Origin: Octopus vulgaris
Taxonomy: Eukaryota
DNA length: 64,000 nucleotides
Direction of reading: 5' to 3'
NCBI GenBank assembly: GCA_951406725.2
Contig: OX597816.1
Location: 161,262,001 to 161,326,000, forward strand
This document shows positions 1-12,967 of the stretch, in pieces. The notes beneath the pieces were generated by a model, which ran no database searches, was not told where the DNA came from, and worked only from the letters and a program-made list of their open reading frames with translations. A program made the translations under genes and the position numbers. How positions within the stretch are numbered: position 1 is the first letter of the stretch; each line of letters opens with the position of its first letter.

Positions 1-22
1 TATCTATCTATCTATCTATCTA

Positions 23-77
<55 letters not shown>

Positions 78-100
78 TTCTACCTCTCTATCTATCAATC
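1..100. repeat. (TATC)n/(TGTC)n compound microsatellite
   Basis: Directly visible tetranucleotide arrays. Confidence 0.95.
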
Positions 101-823
101 TATTATTCTTAAGCTGGCCAAAACTTCGAAGTCACTGTCTACAATTTTCTTGTATAAGAATAATAAGTTTATACTCTACAAAAGTACTGAGTAATCCTTC
201 GGATTAATGTAAAATTGTTTTACAGTTAAGTGAACGTAAAAGCAAACATTAATATCTGTCTGTCTATATATCTATCTGTTTGTCAGTCTGTCTGTTTATC
301 TATCCATCCATCTCCTCCTCTCACACTCTCTCTCTGTAATGTGTGTGTGTCTATGTATGTATGCTTGCATATATGTGTGTATGTATGTCTTTATGTACAT
401 ATGTACATATATAATTATGTTAGTGACCTCTGCATCTTTCTCTTTCTTCAATATTATGTTTTCTTGAAGGACTTTACATTTATAAGAAATCAAAATTAAT
501 TTGCAAACAAAGTGGGTTATTATAATTCAATGATTTATAGCTATGACCTCCTTTAGAAAACTGAAACATTTTGGAAGAATTAGATATTTTATAACATTTG
601 GTTGAAATCTTATTAATCTCACATTAACAATCTTTTTTATATTGTTTTATTCTATTCTATTCCAGTAGATTTTTTGTGGGCAGGATTGATATTCTTTAAT
701 TTTTCTTCTCTACATCAAATTTTTTTCTTTTTCATTCATTTTTTTCTTCATATATTATTTTTTTGTCCAAGAAGATAAACTATCGTAATTCTGTATTTTA
801 TAGACAGTTGCATGCATGCATGC

Positions 824-826
<3 letters not shown>

Positions 827-861
<35 letters not shown>

Positions 862-1170
862 ATGTGTGTGTACATGTGTATATATGTATATATAAATATA
901 TATGCATGTGTGTGTGTTTGTATATATATATATACACACACACACTCACACACATACATACACACACACACACTGACACACACACACACACTGATACACA
1001 CACACACACACTGATACACAGACACACACACACACACTGACACACACAGATATGTGTATACAGATGTGTTTGTATTTTTGTCTATGTGTTTGTATGTATG
1101 TATGTATGTATGTATGTATGTATGTATGTATGTATGTATGTATGTACATACATACATATATATATATATG
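827..1170. repeat. compound (TG)n/(CA)n/(TATG)n microsatellite
   Basis: Directly visible; accounts for the overlapping spurious CV/HT/YI ORFs. Confidence 0.95.
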
Positions 1171-1515
1171 CAAATATGTGTATGAAATATTCATGCTTGA
1201 ATGGAAAATAAAGCATACAAAATCAACCTAGCTGATTGTGTTTTCACGCTTCATGTTGTTATTATTATTATTATTATTATTACTAGTTTCATTTTCTTCC
1301 CCTCAAGGTTGAATTTACTTTTTTTTTCCATGATTTATTTAATTTCATTTTGAATTATTTTATTTGTTTATTTTTCTTTTAAACGCAACCTAGAATTCAA
1401 TAATTCGATAAAGCCAGACGAATCTTCAGAGGAAAGAGTGGGAAGCAACAGTGGAAATGGTAAAGAAAGAAGATAGGGGGATCAAGAATGAGAGAGAGAG
1501 AATGAGAAAGAGAAT

Positions 1516-1561
<46 letters not shown>

Positions 1562-2217
1562 TACTTATATAAGAAGAGTGATGGTGGGATTGATATATCA
1601 TCATCATCATTTGATGATGATGATGATGATGATGATATATATATATATGTATGTATGTATGTATATATATGAGAGAGCTAGAGGCGAGAGAGAGAGTGAG
1701 AGAGACCAGAGTTGATGGTGAAATAGATTGGTAGAGAGATGGGGAGAATGGCGAAAAGGGTGAAGATATGTTGATATGTTGTGGGTGATGTTACAATGTG
1801 TATTATACAGTTGGGATGATTGATTATTACGCTATTTTGCTGTTCTCGGAGAATCTTTACAATGTCTTTATGAATCATCAAAAAAACAAACAAACAAACA
1901 AAAGCAAACAACCTTCAGCAACAACAATTACAGCAATGACAATAACAACAAAAAAAAGTAGGTTTCATTTGTGTGAAGGTAGAAAATGGAATTAGCCAGC
2001 ATTAAAATATTTGAGATGTTTCTATATTTCCTTTCACTTTTAATAGTTTTTTCCTTCTTTTTCTTTAGTATTTGTACCTGTTAATTAATTAGTGGAATGG
2101 TAAGCTGTAGAAGACTACAGGTGTTACAGTATTCTAGTTTAGTGCCTTCTGGGAGTGTTAATCTGTTTTTGGTTGAGTTTGTTTTGTATTGTTCACAGTT
2201 TTAGACAATATATGCAA

Positions 2218-2330
2218 CAGGTACAGGTATGGCTGTGTGGTTAAGAAGCTTGCTTTCCAATCATGTGGTCTTGGTTTCAGTTCCATGATCATGGATTTGG
2301 TGGAGAGAAACTGAAAGAAGCCTGTCATGT
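2218..2330 (+). mobile_element. tRNA-head SINE family B, 5' fragment
   Basis: TGGCTGTGTGGTTAAG A-box-like head and GAAACTGAAAGAAGCCTGTC segment shared with other family B copies in the window. Confidence 0.75.
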
Positions 2331-2340
2331 GTGTGTATGT

Positions 2341-2780
2341 CATCATCATCATCATCATCATCATCATCGTTTAACATCCGCTTTTCATGCTAGCATGGGT
2401 TGGATGATTTGACTGAGGACTCGCGAACCAGATGGCTGCACCAGTCTCCAATCTTGATCTGGAAGAGTTTCTACAGCTGGATGCCCTTCCTAACAGCAAC
2501 CACTCCGAGAGTGTAGTGAGTGCTTTTACGTGCCACTGGCACGAGGGCCAATCAGGCGGTACTGGCTACGGCCATGCTCAAATTGTGTTTTTTACATGCC
2601 ACTTGCCCAGGAGCCAGTCCAGCAGCACTGGCAACAACCTCACTCGAATGTTTTTTCACATGCCACAGGCACAAGTGCCAGTAAGGCAACGCTGGTAAAG
2701 ATCATGCTCAAATGGTGCTTTTTACATGCCACCAGCATGGAAGCCAGTTAGCCGTTCTGGCAATGATCATGCTCGGATGG
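2341..2780 (-). mobile_element. SINE-like family A with (GAT)n tail and internal tandem units
   Basis: (CAT)n tail followed by TTTAACATCCGCTTTTCATGCTAGCATGGGTTGG and CTACAGCTGGATGCCCTTCCTAA, seen in many copies across the window; internal ~60-bp units are repeated. Confidence 0.85.
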
Positions 2781-2894
2781 TATATGTGTGTATATAAATG
2801 AATGTCACTGCTTGTATGATGGTGACACTCATTTACAACCATCACATGATGTCAAGACAAGAGTATATGCTAAAAACACAAATAGACACGCTAT

Positions 2895-3510
2895 ATATGC
2901 TGAATGGAGAATGACTTGATGAAGTGGACATTTTCAGGTGCTTAGGATCCACTTTGACCAAGGACAGCAGATCTTAAAACAAGTGACAAGACTCAGTTTA
3001 GCCTCTTTTGTTATGATGAAGCTGAAGACCATATGGAAAAGAATTTCCATTAGTTTTCTAACAGCATTCACTGTGTACAAGTCCTTGGTAACTTTGATCC
3101 TTCTGCATGGGTGTGAGAGATGGACTCTTACAGCTGACATGGAGTGTGCTTCAGAAGGCTGTTACACATCCCATACACAGAACACAAAATGAACAGCTTT
3201 CTCAGGCAGCAAATCTACAAATATGTTGGTGGATGGAAACCACTCCTTGTACAGGTAAAAAGATGAAAGCTTGCCTTGTGTGGTCATATATCTTGCCATG
3301 ACTCCCTGTCCAAAACCATTCTTCAGAACACAGTTGAAGAAGGGCAAAAGAGAGGCAGACAGAAAAGTCCTGATTTGACAACATCAAATACTGGACAGGT
3401 GACAACTTTGCCACTGAGAACAAAGACTAGTGGCAACGGCTGACCATGAAAGCATCTTGTGGGGCACTCCAATGACTGGCTGCATTAATTAGGAGATCTT
3501 GATGATGATA
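2895..3510 (+). pseudogene. RTE-clade LINE ORF2 C-terminal fragment (post-RT region), decayed
   Basis: Frame-shifted translation LDEVDIFRCLGSTL...KLKTIWK..ISF...VYKSLVTLILLHGCERWTLT...CGHI..HDSLSKTILQNTVEEGQKRGRQKKS*FDNIKYWTG matches typical RTE C-terminal motifs (LLYGCETWTL, GRRxRGRPxxxWxDxI); ends in (TGA)n. Confidence 0.85.
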
Positions 3511-3514
3511 TATA

Positions 3515-3682
3515 TGAGATAGGCTTCTTTCAGTTTCCATCTACCAAATCTACTCACAAATCTTTGGTGAGCCAAAGGGCTGTAGTAGAAATCACTCACC
3601 CAAGGTGCCTAGCAGTGAGATTGAACCTGAAACCACATGGTTGATAAGCAAGCTTCTCAACCACACACTTATGCCTGCACCT
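3515..3682 (-). mobile_element. SINE family B, 5' half
   Basis: Reverse complement of the family B head and body (CCCAAGGTGCC...AACCACATGG...AAGCTTCT). Confidence 0.8.
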
Positions 3683-4180
3683 GTAAAATACACCATTTGA
3701 AGGGCTTTGATTTGACAGAATAGTAGAGCCCTGTTTATGATATTTAATCTTGTCTCTACGTGTTCAAATGTAAAGTAAACTTTATATTTCATCTTGCTAG
3801 TTTTTACAGAACAATACCACTATTGTACTAAGGTCAGTTTAATCTAGTCCAGATCCTCCCTTTAGAAGGGTTAAGGAGTTTGCTGTAGAAATGCTACAAG
3901 TTGCTGCTTGGTAATTCCTGTTTTCTGATTTCATAACCATCGATATGTCCTGGTGGTGTTATTGTCTGAACCCTCGTTGCCACTGATATATCCCATGATA
4001 ACAGTGTATTTTGTCATCTCTATGGGACTAGTCTGAACGGCATACCTTCACCAACCGACCCCACTGACTGTGTCAGTCCACTATTTATTAGTAGTAGACC
4101 AGCTCACTTCTTGCCTGGGGACATCTGCCACAACAACCTTCTAGAGTTACCTTTGTTTTTCAACATCCTATAATCAATAT

Positions 4181-4333
4181 CTGTGCTATCCTAAGGCATG
4201 GGTACACTGGGCAGCTGCCTGAGGGCCTCACAGCTCAGGGGACCCAATTATGTTTGCTGTCAATAAATAAATACTATAGTGAGCCAGTGCAATGATTTGC
4301 CCTGGGGCCTATAATGCTGTTAAGATGGTCCTG
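4181..4333. mobile_element. degenerate hAT-like MITE
   Basis: 8-bp flanking duplication ATCAATAT (4173-4180) / GTCAATAT (4334-4341); GC-rich ends resembling CAGGGCCGTC...GACGGCCCTG. Confidence 0.5.
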
Positions 4334-4690
4334 GTCAATATTATAAATTTAGTGAAGGATAAAAATATTTTTTCACTATTCACCATGATCTAAAGTATCA
4401 GGAATCAATTCTGGATTTTGTAACTTGAAATAAATGGCAAGTGATATGTTAGTCTGTTGGTGCTAAGGAAAGACTGGTGATGGTGTTCGCTCATTATAAC
4501 CAGGTGAAGGAAGTATCATTGTTATCATGGAATCATGTTCATTGACTGTTTACACATCCTGTTTTATACAAATCAGTGTTGTGTCTAGGTAAAAATAATC
4601 CATACATGTTGCTTTGTGAATAAATGGATATACATACATACACATATATGCACATATATACATGCATACATTTTATATATATTTATATAT

Positions 4691-4723
<33 letters not shown>

Positions 4724-4956
4724 TGCATATATGTGTGTACAGGTGTGTGCTTAGCAATGAGAGGTAAATGTATCATAGTATTATGTGGGTCTCTTGTCAT
4801 TGATTATATGATCTAACTGTTCATTCTCCTTTGTTCATTACTCATACTTTCTTTTGTCTGTTTCTAAATCACCTGTTTACATGACGAAACACAAACACAC
4901 TCATTTTGATGAATTATATATCTATATCTAAATATCTGTTGATCCGCCTACGCATA

Positions 4957-5730
<774 letters not shown>

Positions 5731-6651
5731 TTGTGTGTAGGTATATGCACACACGTGCATATATACGTGGGTGTGTTATGTACATGTGTAGGGTGGGGAG
5801 GGTATATACATATACACATATACACACTTATATACACGTTTTACTTAGTAAGCATCTATCACCTATCATTATCTGTTATGAACTATTTTGTAGTATACTC
5901 ACGCGTATGCAAATACACACATATGTGCATGCACACACACTTATACATGCATGCACATACACATGCATACACAAACACACACACACACACACACACACTT
6001 AAAATTAATGAGTGACAGAGAAACAGTCTGACAGTTCTCTATCCAGGAATTAAAAGTATATATTCCTATATATTATTGGTGAAGCAGTAAGATCTAAGAA
6101 GAATTATTTAGACTATTTATATCTTCATGTTTCATACGTGCAGTGTATGATTCAATTATTGTGCATTCTTTGTCAGTGCGGATACAGGGGAACTCCTATC
6201 AGCATCAGCAATACCACTCCTACTACCGCCACTACTGCCACATCCACAATTGAAGACTAATCTTTTATTGACAGCTTAACTCTCTATGGTCTGTTCTATC
6301 TGATCTCAAACCTTTTTCTGCCTACTTGATCACCATATATTTTCCACTACACTGATAACATTTCTTTACCAGTAATCATTATTATTTCAGATTATGTGCT
6401 CATTATGGAAAACCTTTCTCTATTCCATTCATTGACTTATATCCTATTCTTGGTGCTTCCTTTTTTTTCCCCTCCCAATCGCTTTTACTGCTTTCCTATC
6501 TGACTGTGAACCTAATGTTCCACACATATCAGATCATACCAACATGTTTTTTGGAGATATTTTCATTTTTATCATATAGTCAGGAGGGAAGATAGCAGGT
6601 TTTCAAGGATAGGGTTTTCAAGACTAGTGGACGGAAAGAAGTTATCTTTAA

Positions 6652-6850
6652 CCCTTTAGTATTAAAACTGGCCATATCCGACCCAAATATTCTACCTGTT
6701 CTATGTTCAAACTGACCAGATCTGGTCTTGCACACCTCCCCTACAATGTCATTCTAAAAATAACTATCACATCATTGAAATCTCAAAGCCACAAGATAAT
6801 GCATGATTAATTCAAAATAATGTGGACAAAGTAACTGAAATGCTAAAGGG
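6652..6850. mobile_element. piggyBac-like MITE
   Basis: TTAA at both ends (6648-6651, 6851-6854) and TIRs CCCTTTAG(T/C)ATT. Confidence 0.8.
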
Positions 6851-7014
6851 TTAAATTGAAAATCTATCCAAAATGTTTACAACAGAGTGTACTCTGCTAA
6901 AAGTACCCAAGGTGGAGATGTTAAACTGACAAACAGTCTACCATCCAAGTAGACTATGGCAAAATTTGAACTCGGAAGACAAAGGACTGGAAGAATTATC
7001 CCAAGGTATATTTA

Positions 7015-7235
7015 TTGGTTTCAAATTTTGGCACAAGATCAGCAAGCTCAGGGAAGGGACAAGTTAATTTCATCGACCCCAGTGTTCAATCGGTACTTTT
7101 TTTATTGACTCCCACCCACCAAAGGATGAAAGGCAAAGTTGACCTTGGCAGGATTTGAATCGAGAACTTAAAGACAAACGAAAAGGTGCTAAACATTTTG
7201 CCTGACATACTGACAATTCTGCCAGCTCACTGCCC
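7015..7235 (-). mobile_element. SINE family C
   Basis: Shares AAAGGATGAAAGGCAAAGTTGACCT and CTGCCAGCTCAC with other family C copies. Confidence 0.8.
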
Positions 7236-7318
7236 TACAAAGTATATTTATTGGTACCAGTTCTTAATTGACCCCAAAAGGACAAAAAAAGTGAAGCTGG
7301 CTTTGGAATATCCTATCA

Positions 7319-7572
7319 CAATGGTTCTCAACCATTTCCTGTCTATAGACCCCATTGATTCCTGTTTTACTCTGCTGAACCCTAATAAACATTCAATGTT
7401 TGAAAATATCCCATTATATTCTTATAACTGAATATTGTCAGGAATCATATAAAAACAAATTTTAATATTTCGTGTATTGTAGAAGTACATCCAATTTATT
7501 TCACATAAATTTTAACAGCAAAATCTGATGTGGACACCCAAGGGTCATATGGCCTCCAGTTGAAAACCACTA
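7319..7572. mobile_element. hAT/Charlie-like MITE remnant
   Basis: Ends CAATGGTTCTCAACC / AGTTGAAAACCACTA resemble CAGTGGTTCTCAACC-type TIRs; no TSD recovered. Confidence 0.5.
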
Positions 7573-7754
7573 CACTGGCATGTTGTTTCTGTTCAGGGTT
7601 CATAACTTACAACCTTATAACTTAATATGTACCTCATCTGTTAGCACTTGGATGTAGTTAAAATTCATTTACACCATCTATGGTTTCCTAAACGTTTTTG
7701 TTCATTCTGTATCTGCTTTACTGTATGCGTGTGTGTGTGTGTGTGTGTGTGTGT

Positions 7755-8020
7755 TAGGCACTGGCACACGGGTTCAAGCTGATATGATCAATGGAACAAA
7801 CTGCTTGTGGAATTAACGTGCAAGTGGCTGAGTACTCCACAGACATGCATAACCTTAACAAATACACGGAGGTTCAGCGTGACACAGATTGTAACAAAGC
7901 TGGCCCTTTGAACAACAAATACTACTCATTTGGACTGAAGCAATGTGAAATAAAGTGTCTTGCTCACAACCTTATGATCAGGAGTTAATTACCCTAACCA
8001 CTAATCCGTGTGTCTTCACA
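7755..8020 (-). mobile_element. SINE family D remnant
   Basis: GCAATGTGAAATAAAGTGTCTTGCTCA and TACCCTAACCACTAA shared with 57510-57630 and, in reverse, with 27285-27575. Confidence 0.6.
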
Positions 8021-8508
8021 GGTTCTGCCTTCATCACCTAACTGACTCTCCCATATAACAAAATCACTGATAACTGAACTCATCCTCAGAGCCACAACCA
8101 TGTATTATTCAGTCTGATTTGGGTGATCAATTTGCTTCTCAGCAAAGATCATGGATCAACATATTATCTGAAAAACATGGACTGATATTGTGACTGAATT
8201 GATATGACTAAATAAAGGATCAGTGATTCATATTTTAACAAAGTATAAAATTCCAAACACCATGTCTCTAAAAGATTGTAGTCAATTAATCAATTGAATT
8301 GATGCTGCTGCACAATATAAAGTTCTACTCTGGTGGGATTTGAACCTTGAATTTATGATATAAAACTGATTATTGTAAGGCATTTAGTTAAGCATGTTAC
8401 CAGCTCTGCTACCCCCACTGCCTTCATCAACACCACAGAGTGTCACGATGACTTAACTGATATTAACTTTTAATAACTCTCTTATCATATACATAAGAGC
8501 ATAATAAT

Positions 8509-8566
<58 letters not shown>

Positions 8567-8756
8567 CCTTTTCGACTTCTCATATCATATACTTAATCAT
8601 TAGGAAGCCAAATAAATAAATAAAAGGCCCAGACTCTAAAATAGAAACAAATAATGAGATTCTTAAAACACGAATAACAAAATCTATGATCAACAGGTTA
8701 GTTTTTACGCCTGTACGCCTTCATCCTCGCCGCCAAACCGAAGGCAATATACTCAC

Positions 8757-8853
8757 ATTTAGACAGTTGCACTTCACCTCTGTCTCTTGATGGTGGTAAT
8801 TTATATCCTAGGAGACTTTGCTTCATCTCCATTCTTAATGTGTCATTAATTCC
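8757..8853 (-). CDS. candidate 97-nt internal exon of unknown gene (GINDTLRMEMKQSLLGYKLPPSRDRGEVQLSK)
   Basis: Minus strand shows CTAAC branch-like motif, then TTTTAG acceptor, a single open frame (phase 0) and a GTGAGT donor. No homology recognised. Confidence 0.35.
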
Positions 8854-9143
8854 CTAAAATCATTAAAGTTAGACTGTCCAACCAGCTTCCAATTGTAACA
8901 TTGCAAATTTCATTTGTTTGCTTCTTTGTCTTTTTTTACATGTTGTTGCTCTTCTTATATTTTATCTCCTACTGAAATGCCAAGAATTTAATATGCTTTA
9001 TTACTGTATTAATTGCTTTAAGACTTGTATGATACACACATATATCGTTATAAACATTGACTGATAGCTACATAAACACACACTCACACATGTATACATA
9101 CATGCTTATGTATGTGTATATATACATATACATATACAGATTA

Positions 9144-9179
<36 letters not shown>

Positions 9180-9243
9180 TGTATGTATGTATGTATGTAT
9201 GTGTGTGTAAATATATGTATGTATATGTATGTATGTGTGTATG

Positions 9244-9308
<65 letters not shown>

Positions 9309-10449
9309 GCCCACACATATATGCATATATATATATATGTGTGTGTGCATCTGTATGTGTGTATATATGTAAATATATATATATATGTATATATGTGTGT
9401 GTATGTATGTATATTAAATGCAGATGCATACACATGTATAAATATGTAGGCATAAAGATAGCTAAAAGAGAAATATATCACTATTTCAAACTCTGGCGCC
9501 ATTCATATGCTTTCACAAATATCTATTTTTGTTGGCATTATCATTCCTTGTTGGCTATATTTGGTTTTAAAGGTTTTTCCGAAGTTGCTCATAAATACAT
9601 ACATGTGTGTGTGTGTGTGCATACATGCATGTCCGTGTGTGCATATTATATATACATGTATTTATAGGGAAGAGAGAGAAAAATGAGAAGGGAGAAGTAA
9701 ATAATGAGCGTGGGGGAGCCAGTTAAAGCGAGGTTTGGTAAAGCAAAATGAAGAAATATTACTCAATACTTGAATACATATACTTTACGTATTTATCAGA
9801 CTTTATAAGTGCCATGCATGAGACTCTTGATCCTTGGGTTGCGTTTGTAACTTTCTGAGTATAAAAGAATTAAGAAAAATAAATATATAATAATTTCATT
9901 AATTTTGGATTGCCTTCAAAACCTGTTAACATGTATTTTCGAAATATTCATTTCAATGATATTTTCGAAATGTTAATATATTAATACAACAGCAACAGTT
10001 GTTGGTTTTTTTGTAAGGGGAATTCTGAAGTTACAGATGTGATTTCCTTGATATGTATTTTTGTTGTGTAATACTCAGAATTTCTCCAATTTCTTCTAAA
10101 TGATATTTGAATCTATATGTCATACATGAAGAATAACACTGGCTGTTTATTCTACTGGCATTTATTGGTGTCTGGTTATTGGATGTAGTTAACTAAATTC
10201 ATTTCAAACTGAGTGCTTTATTGATATCTGCTTGGATTTTTTAATCCCGTTTTTCTCCCTTCTTACTATATCTATTTATCTGTCTGTCTCTTTATGTATG
10301 TATTTATCTGTCTGTCTGTCTCTTTATGTATGTATTTATCTGTCTGTCTGTCTGTCTATGTATGTATGTATGTATGTATCTATCTATCTATCTAATTATC
10401 TATGCATATGTATATATTCATATATATATGTGTGTGTGTATTTATATAT

Positions 10450-10600
10450 GTTGGCGTTAGGAAGGGCATCCAGCCATAGAAACATTGCCAGCCTTCTGGT
10501 GCAGCCTTCTGGTGCAGCCTTCTGGCTTCCCAGACCCCAGTTGAACCATCCAACCCATGCTAGCATGGAAAGCGGACGCTAAACGATGATGATGATGATG
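10450..10600 (+). mobile_element. SINE-like family A, 3' part
   Basis: TTGGCGTTAGGAAGGGCATCCAGC...AACCCATGCTAGCATGGAAAGCGGACGCTAAACGATGATGAT. Confidence 0.85.
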
Positions 10601-10631
10601 ATATATATATATATGCATATATTCATATGTA

Positions 10632-11098
10632 AATTATTAGAGAGTTATCCACTATGTGGATAACTCTAGTGCTAAAAATAGCTCCGAAGCAACCACAGAA
10701 AAACCGTTTCCAACTAGAATCAACACACATTCAACTGAAGGAAAGTGAAATACAACGAATAAAATAGATTGACTCTATACAATTGTTTCATTACTAATGC
10801 AATATGTAGTTTTACTTACATTTGCATTCAGTAATGAAACAATTGTATAGAGTCAATCTATTTTATTCGTTGTATTTCACTTTCCTTCAGTTGAATGTGT
10901 GTTGATTCTAGTTGGAAACGGTTTTTCTGTGGTTGCTTCGGAGCTATTTTTAGCACTAGAGTTATCCACATAGTGGATAACTCTCTAATAATTTATGTAT
11001 AAATTTGTATTTTCTCCGTAGTTTTTTGTGCTAAACCACTTGGTGTTAAATTGACGGTATTATTAAATTAATATCGATTTTTCACCCTCATTTATAAT
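10632..11098. mobile_element. palindromic (fold-back) insertion, probably a Penelope-like element terminus with inversion
   Basis: Perfect 166-bp inverted arms at 10630-10795 and 10830-10995 plus ~100 bp of unpaired tail; flanked by 16-bp direct repeat CATATATTCATATGTA (10616-10631, 11099-11114). The PLE assignment is inference from architecture. Confidence 0.7.
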
Positions 11099-11185
11099 CA
11101 TATATTCATATGTATACTTTTGTGTGCACATGTGTATATGTATGTATACACACACACACATGCACACATACACACACACACGTGT

Positions 11186-11227
<42 letters not shown>

Positions 11228-11710
11228 GTATGTATGTGTAATCCCCAATTTATGTCCCAATTCCCAAGCTGGCACAAGTCGATCACATCATCATTGTCTG
11301 GCCAATTCATAATTTCTTATTTGAAATTATTTCCCTTCAAGACATGTTGAAGGACTACATTTGATACATTCCATCTTTAACATAGTTTTTAGGGCTGGAT
11401 GCCTTTTCTAAACCAACCAATATATAGAGTGTGCTAGGCACATTTTGGCATGGCACCATCATGAGATAATTTGTCCTGCACTCAGCCATATGGCTGGCAT
11501 TTTTATGGGAAAGAATTGATTGCTTGTTATAAACATGGCAGCTTTTGCTTATATTCTGTCAAATTCCTGTCAATACTTCCCAAACTGTGATGGTTTTTGT
11601 CAGGATTCATGGCATACCAGTGCTTGATTCCACTTATTAACCACTAAACAATAACCATAAATTTTTATTGATGCAATTCATCATCATCATCGTCATTTAA
11701 CATCTGATTA

Positions 11711-12928
11711 TAATCTGTTTACAAAAGTAAATAGACACCCTTATAATCATTAAATTTATTTAAATTTGAAATTATACATTCAAATTATTTATTAATAGTT
11801 ATAATGTGAATATTTAATATTTAGTAGACATGCCTTTGCATTTTTCAATGCAAGGACCCTATTAGGCATGTTACTAATCAGACGACAAATATTCTCTTGC
11901 GGAATTTCTTGCTAATTTTCATGCAATAATCTCAAAAGATCTGGCTTTGAAGATGCTTTCTTGTTCTTTTTATGAAGTGTCTTGTCCATTATGTCCCAGA
12001 GGTGTTCAATAGAGTTCATATCTGGCGATTGGCTTGCCCATGGGAGCTCTTTAATGCTATTCTCATCCAACAAATCTTGGGTCATTTTGGCCGTGTGACA
12101 AGGAGCCCTATCTTCCGTAAATAGTCTTTTTTAATCATTTCACTGCTGTAGATTGGAAGGAGTGCTTTCTGCAGTTTATGTTTCCTTCACACTCTACCAT
12201 CTTTGATCAACCATTGCTTCAAATTGCTCCCCAGACCATCACAAAATAGCTGCCATGTTTCATTGTTGGTTGCAATCTTTTCACATCAAATTCTTGATCA
12301 CAGAGTTTCCAGACCCACACTCAAACACTGTCAGGAAATACAGACTCATTAGAGAATATGACAGTGTCTCAAAATGCTAGTGGCCTCTCCACCATCTCAC
12401 TGGCCCAATCTTTTCTCCACTTGATGTTGGCTGGTTGAAGAAGTGGCTTACTTCTTGCTGCTCTTCCATAGTAACCAAGTTTGTGGAGATACCTGATAGC
12501 TGTTCTAGGACTGACATCAGTTTGTTCTGCTATGTCAGAGGCCTTGCAATGAAGATTACCCTCCACATTTCTCTTAATAAAGTGAAGGGTCCTGTCAGAG
12601 GGCCCTGGTTGATCTGGGTGAGGCAATGTAGACTCCTTCCCCTCTCAGGTGAATTGCACAATCACTCTATTAACTGTAGGAAGTGGGATCCCAAGGTTTC
12701 CTGCAATTTTATTCTGCCTATGTCCACCTTCTGAACGACACACAATATGGCCTCTTTGAAATTCAGACAGTTCCAAGGCTTCTTTTGTACATAGCATGAT
12801 TAAATAGCATGATTAACATATAAAACCTGAAACATAAAAATGTCAATTAATAAAAGATATAAACCTTTACAAATTAGAATAAACATAAAACAATGTTTTA
12901 TGGGGTGTCTATTTACTTCTGTCATGTG

Positions 12929-12932
<4 letters not shown>
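11711..12932 (-). mobile_element. Tc1-family DNA transposon, full length, decayed
   Basis: TIR cores ACAAAAGTAAATAGACACCC (11721-11740) and GGGTGTCTATTTACTTCTGT (12903-12922) match at 19/20; TA-rich flanks; transposase inside. Confidence 0.92.
11814..12792 (-). pseudogene. Tc1 DD34E transposase pseudogene
   Basis: [11 protein letters not shown] (HTH), GYYGRAARSKPLL, VIFSNES (first catalytic D changed to N), EDRAPCHTAK then 34 residues to SPDMNSIEHLW, C-terminal KGMSTKY*; several stops and frameshifts. Confidence 0.92.

Positions 12933-12967
<35 letters not shown>

Noticed and set aside
186-215. Hairpin TAATCC-TTC-GGATTA after CTGAG as a hammerhead
   Set aside because: Neither CUGANGA nor GAAA core box is properly present.
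3810-3832. 23-nt AG/GT-bounded segment
   Set aside because: Not frame-preserving and no other support; expected by chance.
10641-10980. TTATCCACA/TGTGGATAA matches to the bacterial DnaA box
   Set aside because: They arise from the nested hairpin of a eukaryotic repeat; there is no bacterial context or oriC architecture.
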